This document shows, piece after piece, positions 13,201 to 26,373 of a stretch of 64,000 nucleotides of DNA. Below the pieces are notes generated by a model. It searched no databases and was not told where the DNA came from. It was given only the letters and a program-made list of their open reading frames with translations. Source of the DNA: Octopus sinensis (taxonomy: Eukaryota); assembly GCF_006345805.1 (NCBI RefSeq), contig NC_042999.1:54932001-54996000 (forward strand), read 5' to 3'. The first letter of the stretch is position 1. Every line of letters starts with the position of its first letter. The translations under genes and the position numbers were made by a program.

Positions 13201-16200
13201 GGGGCATCAGTCTGTTTGTAAAGTTATGCTTATTGTTGGGACCCATTTACAGTTGAGTGGACTGGAGCAATGAAGTGTTTTGTTCAAAAGCACAATACAC
13301 TGCCCTGTCTTGTTTCTGACTTCCACAGTCTAACCCCCACCCCTCGTCACTTCCCTCAATGCCATCACCACCCCCAATCTCGATTGAAGGGGTTTTGTCT
13401 TGCAATTTACTAGGTGACCCCACTGGTGCTGGTGCTATGTAAAAAAAACACTCTTTTCATTTTGTAAAGTTGTTGGCATCAGAAAGGTCATCCAGCCATG
13501 GCAACCCTGCCAAAACAGACAGCAGAGCTTGGCACTGTCCTCTGGTCTTGCCAGCGCCTGTCAAACTGTCCAGCATAGAAAATGGACATCAAATAAGGAT
13601 ACTCTTATGACTGTTGTTGAAACAACGCATCTACTTGACCAAATCTACAAGGAAAATAGATTTAGTTATTTTCTTTGTACAACATTCTCAAAAGTCAAGG
13701 CTGACCATTCACTTACACCATGTAATGTACAGACTTGGACAAGAATTTTTGAGGAAGACTGGTAGCCCCCCCCCCCCTGTAGGAGTGTCTCCATTCTCCA
13801 CTTTTCCTGATATGTATCAAAGAGAAATGCTACCATTTCTAATACAGATTGGCACCAGTTTTTATCAGAGACATTGATGTAAGGAACCAGAACAAGGACC
13901 ACAAAGCATCTCACCCAACCCTCTCATCCACCGATCTGCTTTCCAGGAATGCTCCCTATTTTTTTAAACCCCAAAAGGATGAACAGCAAGGTTAGCCTTG
14001 GTAGGATTTGAACTCTGACCACAGAGAATCAAAACAAATTCCACAAGGCACTCTAGCCACTCTGCCAATTTGCCTGTTTAAATAATTATTTAAATAGAAT
14101 ATACTTTGTGTGCCATTCTTTTTTTCATTGTTTCTTTTTTTTTTTTTTCTCTCTAAACTTTGAAATATTTCAAACTCAGAAAAATTAGTAACAGACACTG
14201 TGTAAAGGAAATCTACTTCCATCCACATGAAGAATAATTCTTTAAAAATTGGCTGTTCATATTTGGGGATTGATCCATCTTCCATTCCACTACTAAACTA
14301 GCTTTCATAACTACCAATTGTTTCTTTTGTCTTTTAATTGAATTAGTTTACCATTCTGCTACCAGTTCCTTCAATAACCAATCTACCAAAATGTCGTTAT
14401 TTTATCCATCTCAAATCCCAGTTAACCCTAATCTCAACCAGATATCATCTGACCAAACTTCCATTCCCTTTACAGCCATTATATGTGACTCCCATTCCTC
14501 TGTCACATGATCAGATTTGTTTTATTTAACTCAACACCCCTTAATTCTACAACATAAATTCCTTGTTTTAATGGGATCTAAATCAAAAGCTCCCATCAAG
14601 ATTTCTCGTAAATTTATACTCTAAATGCCATACTTCAGGAAATTCTTCATCATTTCCAAAATCAATCAAAACAAAGGCAGTGGATTCCAACCGAAAAATG
14701 GTAACGAAAGGGTTCTTTAATAGAAAGGCAGTAAATAACCTCAACTTGCTGGGGTAATATTCCTACACATGTGTTCTAGACAAAGGGTTGCTTTTTTTTT
14801 TTTTCTGTTGTGTCACATCGCAAAACACTGAACTCTTGATGGCTCAATCCATCAAACTTGAAATAGGTACAATGGGACAGTAAACAACAGCTAAACAGTA
14901 TAACGGAGAAGTATTTTCTTTAGCTTGCAGTGCTGCTAAGAAGAGGCTCACAAATGGCACCATTTACCCTTAAATTTTGTTGTGTCAATTCAAAAACCAC
15001 AAGATATTCATTGAATTCTTGCTTTACCTAAATTCCTTTCTTCAGACCATTCTTTGTCAATTAAACAACTAAAACTTCATTGGTTTCCTGTGGGTTTTTG
15101 GCTTTTTTTTTTGTTTTGTTGTTTTTTGTTTACTGTTATATCTCTGTTAAATCTCTGCTAATGCCATTTGGGTTATTTCTAGAATGTGAGATTGGTTATT
15201 TCGGACCAAGCTGCCATTTTACCTGCAGTAATTGTATGAACGGTGGACAGTGCAATGAAGCCAGAGATGGTTGTCTCTGTAAACCTGGATTCCAAGGAAT
15301 TCTTTGCAACAACACATGTCGCCAGGTGTGTTTTCTCAAATTTTTTTTTTTTTTTGCAATCCCATTCTGTTTTTTTTTATCATCACTTTTCATATTGTTG
15401 TTGTTGTTGTCATTTGTTGTAGTTGCTGTTGTTGTTGTTGTTGTTGTTGTTGTTGTAGTGGTTGTTGCTGTTATTGTTGTTGTTTTGTCCGAAACCGACA
15501 CCAGATCCCCTCAACCTCCCACCATCATTCTCCTGTCTTGTATTCAGACATTATGTATCTGACTTCACTATTTAATAAATCCTTCCTTTCTATGATGGTA
15601 GGGTGGGATATAAATGAGATTTGGCTGCTGTTTCTAGCAGGGAGAGCAACCACATAGCAGCTCCTTCTTTAGCTAAGACTCACCCCTAAAACAGGATACT
15701 TCTTAAATTAGGATCTCCTTCATCGTGGCTTCTTTGTTGTCTCAGCTTCATTCCTTAGATAGGTTTCTCTCCCAAGATAGGGTCCCCTTGTTAGCTAGAG
15801 TCCTCTTCAGTAGCTAAAGTTCCCTCCTTAATTATGATTCCCTCATTAGGGAGAACCCACCCACCCACTTTATTAGCTCAGACTTACTTATCTCAGACAC
15901 CATCGTTGCTATAGCAACCTCACAGTCATGACAGTTTACTAATTAAGGATAAAAAGAATTCAAATACTCAAATACCTAATTCATTTCAGTGGCTTTGTGT
16001 TCTGTAGGGTACTAAATCACCCCTGCCCTTACAGACCAAGCTGTAAATAAAATCTGGGAGAACAACGTCAAACACTGACCTTACTGGATTGTGATTTAGT
16101 TGGGTCCAGTACTGAGATATGAAACTAGTTTATTGTCAAAATAGAGAGGGAGTATCTGGGAGTACCAAGGGGTACCACAGAGTTACCATCTTACAATTAA

Positions 16201-17833
16201 AGTCTTAGATAAGTTGTTTATGGCGTTGTTTAGACTCAGATCACAGTTGGTTGCCCTTTCTATCTCTAACCAATTAGCAGAGTGTACCGGGAGAGTTTTA
16301 TCATGGCATCAGCACCAGAAAGGTTGTCATGTTCCCAGTAAGAATAAAGGGTTCTCACTTTGCTACAGAGTTTCTGTTTATTCTTTTATTTCCACACAAC
16401 ATGAGAGAAGGAAGAGAGCTAAGATGATATGGATGAGGAGATGATAGGAGAGCACCAGAGTTGGGGAGGTGATAGAAGAGAGAGTACTGGGAAAAGAGAG
16501 AGTGTGTTAGGCAGCTATCTGATTGTTATTGGTGAAGGAATTGAATAGCAATGATATGAACAAGCGGGTGATAGAGAAGAGAATAGTGGAAGGGTGATAG
16601 AAGGGAAAATCATAGGGGAGATTGGTAGAAGCAAGAGAGTATGAATGGTAGAGAGAAGGGAAAAGTAATAAAAGAGGGAGAGAGAGGATTATAGAGAGTA
16701 TAAGAGTAATGGGTATCAGTAATGAGCGGGAGAGGAGAAAAGTAATAAGAGAGAGAGAGAGGGTGGTAGATGCAGAAGTAATAGGAGAGAGAAGGGGGTG
16801 ATGGCTAGCAAGAGAATTGGGTGGTAGTAAGAGGAGACTGAATGAGGGGTGGAGGCACAATTGGAGGAGAGGGATAGTGTGCTGTGAGCAAATAGGAGAG
16901 AGCAAAATAAAACCAGATATAATTATTCGTATTTAACTCAATGAGAAAGTAATATGGGTTTCAAATTTTGGTAGAAGGCCATCAAGTTGCAGAAAGAGCA
17001 TAGATCGATCACATCGACCCCAGTATTCAGCTGGTACTTATTTTATCGACCCTGAAAGGATGAAAGGCAAAGTTCACCCCAGTGAAATTTGAACTCCAAA
17101 ACGTAAAGACACATGAAATACCAATTAAGCATTTTGCCAAGCTAACGATTCTGTCAGCTTCCCACCTTATGATGAAGTAATATTAATTTCCATTGTGTAA
17201 GAGCAATTAATTGTTCAGGAGTTTTTTTTTTAAGTGGATCATATTGATGCCATTGAGCCTCTTGTTTGTCTGGGAGCTATTTTAAGCCTTTAACATTCAG
17301 ATTCCTCTGTCAAATTTAGTCTTATTTATTCACATCGTTTTCAATTAATCATTGTCTTGTTGCTTTGAGATTTCAATGATATGATTGTTTATTTTTAAAA
17401 GGATATTGTAGGGTAGATGTGATAGACTGGATATGGCTAGTTAGGATATAAAATGGGTACAATATTTTTGGCCAGATATGGTCAGTTTAAATGCTAAAGA
17501 GACAACTGTAAATGGTACGAAGGATCACAACTTACACAAAATACCACAATTTTGTTTGGTTACCTTTTTCTAAGGCGAGGGCAGAAGGTGTAAACTAAGG
17601 TGCTATAATGTGGGATCAAATCAGGGCTAGAGCAGCAGATAGAAACCGTGGTGCTGTGCAATGGGATTGAACTCAAACCAAGCTTTATAATCTCACTGTC
17701 TTGTCATTGTCCAGTTTCTCTAATTATATAAATGGATTGCAATTGACATGTTTGCAAAAACTTGTGTTTGATATCCAGGAAACTAATAAGAATATTTTCC
17801 AAATTATAAACAACTTTTTTGACATTAAAATTT

Positions 17834-17866
<33 letters not shown>

Positions 17867-20800
17867 TCATGGCTTCTGATCTTAACTGATTGGAAGTGTT
17901 ATCATGTACATTGTTTTGTCTTGGTATAAAAGATGGGCTACAGCAAATATTCTGCTCAATACCACAGATTTGCTTGTCAGTTGTTTGACCTTAACCAGTT
18001 GAGCATGTCCCTTAGTGGCTGACGATATGTGCATCTCTGATCACGAGCAGAAGTAGTGGGGGAGCATCATAGCCATGTGTTGAGATGGATTCTTTGGGGT
18101 TTGAATAATTCACCTCTGGAAACATGAGTGTTTCTTTCGACATCCTTAAACAACCCTTATTCAGGGAGCAGGATGGGCTACTCAACCTGAAGAAAATTCT
18201 AACTGGGCCCCACCTGCAAGGTCATGTGCTGTTTATCTTGATATGAGATCACCATGTCACGCACATATGGTTGTGATGCATGTGCCTGGTGTACCCCTAT
18301 CAGACGGGTAGTCATGATGGGTGTATTGGGCTTCGTATATTTTACCCCAGTGTCACTTTGATGGCATGAACTGCTCTCTCACTCAATAATAATAATAATA
18401 ATAATGAAATTATTGTGTATAGAGCTCAGGTTCACTACAACTTATCAGAGATGCATGTATAGTAAATAGAATTATGTACAAAAGTCAGAAATGTGAACAG
18501 TGTGTCATGATATACATGTGTGCATGCATATGGAGTTGGGTGGGGTATCAGGTGTAGTGTTGATGAATGTCAGGAAGCATGGAGGTTTTAAAGGATGCAA
18601 TGTCTCGGCAACTGACAACTGATGCAGGTAGCTTGTTCCATGCTTCAGCAACTCTGAGTATGAAAAATGCTTCCGAAAGTCATGGGAGCTGTGCTGTTTT
18701 CTGACTTTGTAGGCGTGTCCACATGTGTCAGACACATGGAGCTCAAAAAGGTGCTCAAGGTGGTTGTTAGCACAATGGTTAATAATTTTTGCAGGTGTTT
18801 ACCAAGTGAATTGCCAGATGCCGGAACTTCAATTGTGAAACAATTCATTAAAATTAATATGTCTGTATTTAACAAACTTGCAGATACTTCCAGGTTTAGC
18901 ATGATGCCTCTAGTCATTATATAAAGTTTCTGAGAAGCCTATAGAATAGATATATGGCGTAGGAGTGGCTGTGTGGTAAGTAGCTTGCTTACCAACCACA
19001 TGGTTCCGGGTTCAGTCCCACTGCTTGGCACCTTGGGCAAGTGTCTTCTACTATAGCCTCGGATCCGACCTAAGCCTTGTGAGTGGATTTGGTAGACGGA
19101 AACTGAAAGAAGCCCATCGTATATATATATGTGTGTGTGTGTGTGTGTTTGTGTCTGTGCTTGTCCCCCAACATCGCTTGACAACTGATGCTGGTGTGTT
19201 AACGTCCCTGTAACTTAGCAGTTCGGCAAAAGAGACCGATAGAATAAATACTAGGCTTACAAAGAATGAGTCCTGGGGTCGACTAAAGGCGGTGCTCCAG
19301 CATGGCCACAGTCAAATGATTGAAACAAGTAAAGGAGTATGTATGTATATATGAGTATATATGTAGGGAGGGGGTGTATGTGTGTGTGTGTGCATATATT
19401 CCCAATTATATTTTTAACCCAATTCATTCATAAATTCTTTTTTTCTTAGGGTACATTTGGCATTGACTGCAACAGACTGTGTACTTGTCAAAATGGAGGG
19501 ACTTGCAACCCAGAAACAGGTGGATGTACATGTCCTCCGGGTATTAAAGGTGTAAGCTGTGAAATTGGTTGCTCACCTGGTTACTATGGTGAGAACTGTG
19601 ACAAGAGGTGTCCGCAGCAGTGTCCAGAAGGTTACTGTAATCGTATGTTAGGTAACTGTGAATGCGAACCAGGAATGTTTGGTCCATTGTGTAATCGGAA
19701 GTGTCCAGACTTCTCCTGGGGTCGCAACTGTATTCAAGAATGTGCTTGTAACCAGAAACATAGTTCGGGATGTGATCCTAAAGTAAGTACAGTCTTTAGA
19801 TTTCCTTATTTTTCTTTGAATATGGAATTTTCTCTATTTAGTAATTACTAAAATAAACATTCTGAACTAATATCTTTTAGCAGACACCAGGCTTATAGAA
19901 CACTGAAATAATATAAACCCATTAATTTTATTTACAGATGAACTTCCTCCTACATGGTGCCACATCCTATATACCTTATATGTAATTTGTTTTTGTATTG
20001 TCACATAAAAACTGGAATGGATAATTTTATTTCCTGTTTGATGTATTAATTCTTCATATTTCTATGACTCTAGTATTTGTCTGCTATACAAAAACAGCCA
20101 ATACTCTAAGATAATCCTCAAAGGTTAATATATACTTGAATATTTTACCTCATAATGTTTGTGCTTGAAAAACCCATTTCAAGAGTTGAATATCCCAGGA
20201 CTGATATTAAATAAAGGGCTGTTTTTAAAATATTTTCAATAAATTAGTTGCAATGTAATGTGAGTAACCATTTAGCTCCTCTATACAAAGAAATCTATCG
20301 GGGCCCCTTCTTTCATAACTTAACCTTAAATCGCCTTGCAAATAGCTGCCTCCCTTTCTGCTGTAACATCTCAGCCAAAAAGGGGATCTTTGTCATGCAA
20401 GCTGAATGAAGACTTTATTAGTGGTTGCTGTTAGGAAGCACATATCCAGCTGTAGAAACCCTGAAGGATGTTGCAATCTTTGAACCTGTCAGTTCCTATC
20501 AAACTGTCCAAAGCATGCAAGCATTGATGATGATGATGATGATGATGATGCAATGGCAGTAGCTGTAATGGTGGTGACGACAGTAACTGGAATCATAACA
20601 ATTACATTCGTAGAAAAGTTTACATAAAGACAAAGGGGATTTGCAGACAAATTCGTCCATCAAATTTCCTAATGGAAATATTCTTGCTAAAATATTTCAC
20701 TACGTCATATTGTGTAATGATATTTAATGAAATATTTTAATTAACATAATGGGACTTTCATTACATATATCTGATTAGTTATTTGTGAAATATATCAGTG

Positions 20801-22896
20801 CTGTTATTTTCCTCAAGCAAAAACAAATTCCCTCCAGGTACAAAAATATTTTAAACAGGGTGGGACAAAAGTAGGTATACAGTTATGAAAACAGGAAACA
20901 TGTACTTCATCATCATTGTTTAACATCTGCTTTCCATGCTGGTATGGGTTGTTTGGTTCGACTGGGTTCTGGGAAGCCAGGAGGCTCAACCAGGCTCCAG
21001 TCAGATATGGCAGTGTTTCTACAGCTGGATGCCCTTCCTAATGCCAACCACTCCGAGAATGTAGTGGGTGCTCTTTAATGTGCCATCAGCACATGGGCCA
21101 GACGAGGCTGGCAATGACCACAATCGGTTGGTGCTTTTTACATGCCACCAGCATGGAAGCCAGTCAAGGAGGCACTGGCATCAGCCCCATTTGGGTGGTG
21201 CTTTTCTACAATTTCCATTTGATTTTGATATTTAATGAAATATTTTAATTAACATAATGGGACTTTAATTACCTATCTGATTAGCTATTTGTGAAATATT
21301 TTTGAAAATATATCAGTGCTGTTATTTTCCTCAAGCAAAAACAGATTCCCTCCAGGTACAAAAATATTTTAAAACAGGGTGGAGCAACAGTAGGTATACA
21401 GTTATGAAAACAGGAAACATGTACAATACATATTTATTTTTATCAAAAAAATTAAAAGTTACAATAAAAGTATTATTATAGTTAATATATTATTATGATT
21501 AATGACACTGAAAATATCAAAAATGAGGCTAATTAATTTAATGCACTAATAATGTTAATGAATTAAGAAGTATTGTAGCATTGTGATACTTATTGTATAC
21601 CTTCTTTTGCACACACACACACACACCCCGCTGTATATATATATATAACATAATGTATCCTTAAATATACATAAGGATGAAGCATGTGAAAAGATGTGTT
21701 CGTGTAAACACACACACACATGCACACACACACAAGCATGTGCACACTCACACAAAAATGTGCACATACACAAACACGTGTACACATACACACACATAAA
21801 CACGTGCACACACCCACACACACAAACACATGCGCACACACACAAACAGGCACGTTTGTATCTGTGATTATTATATACCTTATTTTTGTACCTTATTTAT
21901 ATATAAAAAAATGCTACAATCAGCTGTCTTTATTGATGGCACGTCGTCAGCTAGTAAATAATATCACAGACATCAAAAGGAAAAAAATTATCATTATTTA
22001 AATTCTTTTGTTTTTCAGAATGGTAAATGTATATGTCTTGCTGGATACCAAGGAATCAGTTGTAACCAAAAATGTCCAGAAAACAGATATGGCATTAAAT
22101 GTCAAAGAACATGTAATTGTCCAAAAGAGACAACTTGTGATCATGTGGGTGGAGAATGTAAATGGAATTGTCCAGCAGGTCGGACAGGGTTCAGGTGCCA
22201 GAAAGGTGAGTCTTGTTAGTTTTTGTGGAATCGATGGTGTTGTTGCTGATGGCGTTGTTAAATGTTCCCAATCTACTCTCCAGCTTCATGGTTCCAGGTT
22301 CAGTCCCACTGCGTGGCACCTTTGGCAAGTGTCTTCGACTATAGCCTCAGGCTGACCAAAGCCTTGCGAGTGGATTTGGTAGACGGAAACTGGTTGGTAT
22401 CAGGAAAAGCATCCAACTGTTGAAAGGATGCCAAAGCGGTCACTGGAGCATGAACAGCCCAGTCGAACTGGCCAATGCAAATCAGTATGGATCATGGATG
22501 TTGTATGAGGATGATGGTGATACAATGTTGAGGAGGAGCTGGAGGAGAACAATAATGACTATATTATTTACATTATTTACATTTGATAGATATTTGTCCT
22601 CATCTTGTTTGTTGTTAACACAACTTTTCGGCTGATATACCATCCAGCCTTCATCAGGTGTCTTGGGGAAATTTCGAACCTGGGTTCTCATTCTTAAGGT
22701 ATTTGTCGATGTTGTTGTTATTATTATTATTCAGGTCACTGCCTGGAATCGAACTTGGAATCTTGGGGTTAGTAGCCTGTGCTCGTAACCACTACGATAT
22801 ATGACTATGGTGATGACAATGATGATGACAGTAGCATGGTAGATTGTAGAACTATTAGAGCATTAGATTGAATATTCCTTCACTCTCTCTCTCTCC

Positions 22897-22947
<51 letters not shown>

Positions 22948-23634
22948 ATCCTTGCATACTAGGTGTAAGTAGCCATGCAGATTCCACCTGCTCTTCTCCT
23001 CCTTCCCTCCCTCATAGTAATCCCCTTTCCCCTCCTAACCTGAAATTCATATTCTGATCCCTGTCCCTTGTGAGAATACCTGACATTTTGTTCGCACGCA
23101 AGCTAAAATCTGTGTGCGAACTAGATTGCGTATACATATGTATACATGCATTTGTGTGTATATTTTAGCTTTATATTTATACGTCTGTATATGTATGGGG
23201 TTCACACACATCTATTCTGTGTATGTTGATATATATGTATACTTTAATATGAATATGTATTGCTGTGTTATATTTTTAATGCATATTTTTAATGCATTTC
23301 AATTTCCATGTATTAATTATATTTCCTTCATTAAGGTCAATATGTATTTTATTCAATGTAAGGTTTTTCCTCGAATTTTATAATTTTTTATAATTTTTAT
23401 ATATATATTATATATATATATATATATTTGAGCTCATCTTTGTTTATCACTCGAAAATTGACCGTTATTTCTAAAGGGCCAATCAAACAAGTCCATTTTT
23501 TTAAAGGTTTAGCGTTTGTAATAGTCTGGATAGAATTGACATATCGGTTCCATTCTAGCAAAAACTGTCTGATGAACGGCAACGGGAAACTCAGAGTAAC
23601 AGGTTTTGTTGAATTTTTTGCTGCTTTAAATAAA

Positions 23635-23675
<41 letters not shown>

Positions 23676-26233
23676 AATGAGATAGGGGTTGAAAATTCAA
23701 CCCACCATGGGATAACATATATCCATGGGTATCATCTGATAGTTGATGTTTTATTGATTTAAGTATGTTTCTCCATTTTCTAATTTTGTAGTATTATATA
23801 TATATATATATATTCAAAACATTACTAACGCTTGTCTCTTGTGGCAATGTTAGATCTATCCAACAGCATGACCTGTGTCATGCATCTGAAGTCTTCTAAT
23901 GCTGATCAGAACTTCTTACCATTTCTTCTTTCTATTTTTCAGTCTGTGAACGAGGAAAATATGGAAGGAATTGTTTGAAACACTGTGAATGTGGCAACAG
24001 TGGCTGTAGTCCTGAGACTGGAGCATGTCTCTGTGAAGCCGGACACCATGGCAGACATTGTCTACAAGGTATGTTTTCCTTATTTAGATTTCTCATCAAT
24101 AACCAATACATATTCACTCTCACCCTCCCTCACTTTCTCTCCATTGGTCAGTTTGATTAATAAACGATGAAGTTGTTGACATTGGGAGTTCAATACCCAA
24201 TCTTGAATCACACTCTGGGACAGTTTCAACTGAATCCTGTTGTAAATGGCTTTTGGTAAAACATAGCTTGAGGTGAAGGCGGGTGACCAATTGGCTTGGG
24301 TATTGGGCTCAAACGTCATATAGTTGTGGGTCTAGTTCTTGAATAGGGCAGTGCATTGTGTTCTTAAGCAAGGTGCTTTATTGGTGGAACTGTTGAAGGG
24401 TTGGAGCAAGTGCCATGTGGTACCTGTTCCAACTCTTTGAGTTCTGATGTCAACATCTACAACACTGGTTGCTAAGCAGTATGAACTGAAGCTGGCAGCC
24501 TTTCCCTTGGATAACCCCACCCCTGTTGGCACAGAAAGAGGAGACTTGCATGCATGGTCAGCGGTCAGTTTTCCTAAAGAAATCTTTCCCAAACTTACCC
24601 ATACATGTGGGACAACAGGGACCAACAGAGGCCCTGCTAAATCGACCACTCTGTTGTTCAAAAGTTAGTTGAAGGGTGACGTCTTTAGAAGTGCAACAAT
24701 TCAATGAAACATTGCTGCAACATGTATCTCTCCTTAGAATTTCAATTCAGCACTTTGTAACACTCGTATGTCCATTAATGCAATCATTTAAACACGTCGT
24801 TATTATACTTTCCTCTTTGGCCAAGTCCTCATCAAGTTTTTCATGTTTGATTTAAAAAAGATAGGTTGAAGGTAAAGAGGGAAGTGTTACCTCCCAGCAA
24901 TTTTGTTGGTAGGTGGGCAAATTTAGCAAGAATGGTCCTACTCTCTAAGCATGCAACTGTAAATTGAAGGAAAACAATGTGGAAAGGGCAGTTGCTCTAG
25001 TGATCAGGGTGACTACAGTTTTGTGGGGTTTCCACAAGCAACCTTAGGAAGTCTCCCTCTTTTAGGGAAACTTTTTATTGTTAGGACTTATATAATTGTT
25101 TTTACTGTTTACGTGCTTCTATTTATGTAACCTCACATTGTATTGTGCTCTATGGTCCTCATTGTTTTTTGTGAACCCTTTGTGGGTTTTATTTTCCCAT
25201 TTTAATGTGACAAATTGTTCTTTCTGTGAAAATTTTTTTTGATCTGTTCTTACAGAATGCAAAAAAGGGCGTTGGGGTATAAATTGCCTTAATGTCTGTG
25301 AATGTGAAAATGGTGCTTCCTGCGACCCTGCTACAGGAGAATGTATATGTCGACCTGGCTGGTTCGGTCTCTCATGTGAACAAGGTTAGTGCTTACCTTC
25401 AAAGCAAAGACTTAATTCTTTCTTTCAAACATCTTTAAGATTACAAGAATGTGATACATCATCATCATCATCATCATCGTTTAACGTCCGTTCTCCATGC
25501 TAGCATGGATTGGACGGTTCGACCGGGGATCTGGGAAGCCAGAAGGCTGCACCAGGCTCCAGTCTGATCTGGCAGAGTTTCTACAGCCCTTCCTAACGCC
25601 AACCACTCCGTGAGTGTAGTGGGTGCTTTTTATGTGCCACCTGCACAGGTGCCAGGCGAGGCTGGCAATGGCCACAATCGGATAGGTGCATTTTACGTGC
25701 CACCGGCACGGAAGCCAGTCAAGGCAGCACTGGCATCGGCCACGATTCGGATGGTGCTTTTTACGTGCCTGGTAACTATAACTCTCCCCTCCCTAACCTG
25801 AATCTCTCAACTGGCACAAACCCACACACCCTCGATGTTACTCCCTGATCCTTGCAGTTGAGGAGTTCTTACCTTGCAAGGTGCTTGGTGATTCTGTTGG
25901 TGCTGGGACCACACAAAAATCACCCAGTCCACTTTGGAAGATGGTTGGCATTAGGAAGGGCATCCAGCCATAAAAGCCATGCCAAAACAGACAATAGAAC
26001 CCGGTGTGGCTCTTGTCAAAACATACAACCCATACCAGCATGGAAAATAGATGCTAAATGATGAGGATGAGGATGAGGATAACCATCATTCATACCACTG
26101 TCTTCTTCATCTCTAACCCTCCGCACACACACACACACACACACACACATTCTAATCTCATAATCATGACCAAAACTAAAGTCAATGTTATCAACTGGGC
26201 CCCTCCTATCAAAATTGCTGGCTCTATGCCAAA

Positions 26234-26286
<53 letters not shown>

Positions 26287-26342
26287 CATCATCATTATTA
26301 TCATTATTATTATCATCATTATCATTATTATTATCATTATTT

Positions 26343-26373
<31 letters not shown>

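Noticed and set aside
15080-15562. ORF-track starts and ends around the EGF exons
   Set aside because: Only the AG/GT-bounded cores are coding; the flanks are intron read-through.
16507-16905. 132-aa Leu/Ser-rich ORF
   Set aside because: Reverse strand of a purine-rich low-complexity tract.
22735-22803. SINE heads as genuine tRNA genes
   Set aside because: No complete cloverleaf or acceptor stem; they are fused to repeat bodies.
23087-23124. 11-bp hairpin followed by CTAG as a Helitron end
   Set aside because: No matching 5' end or second copy in the window.
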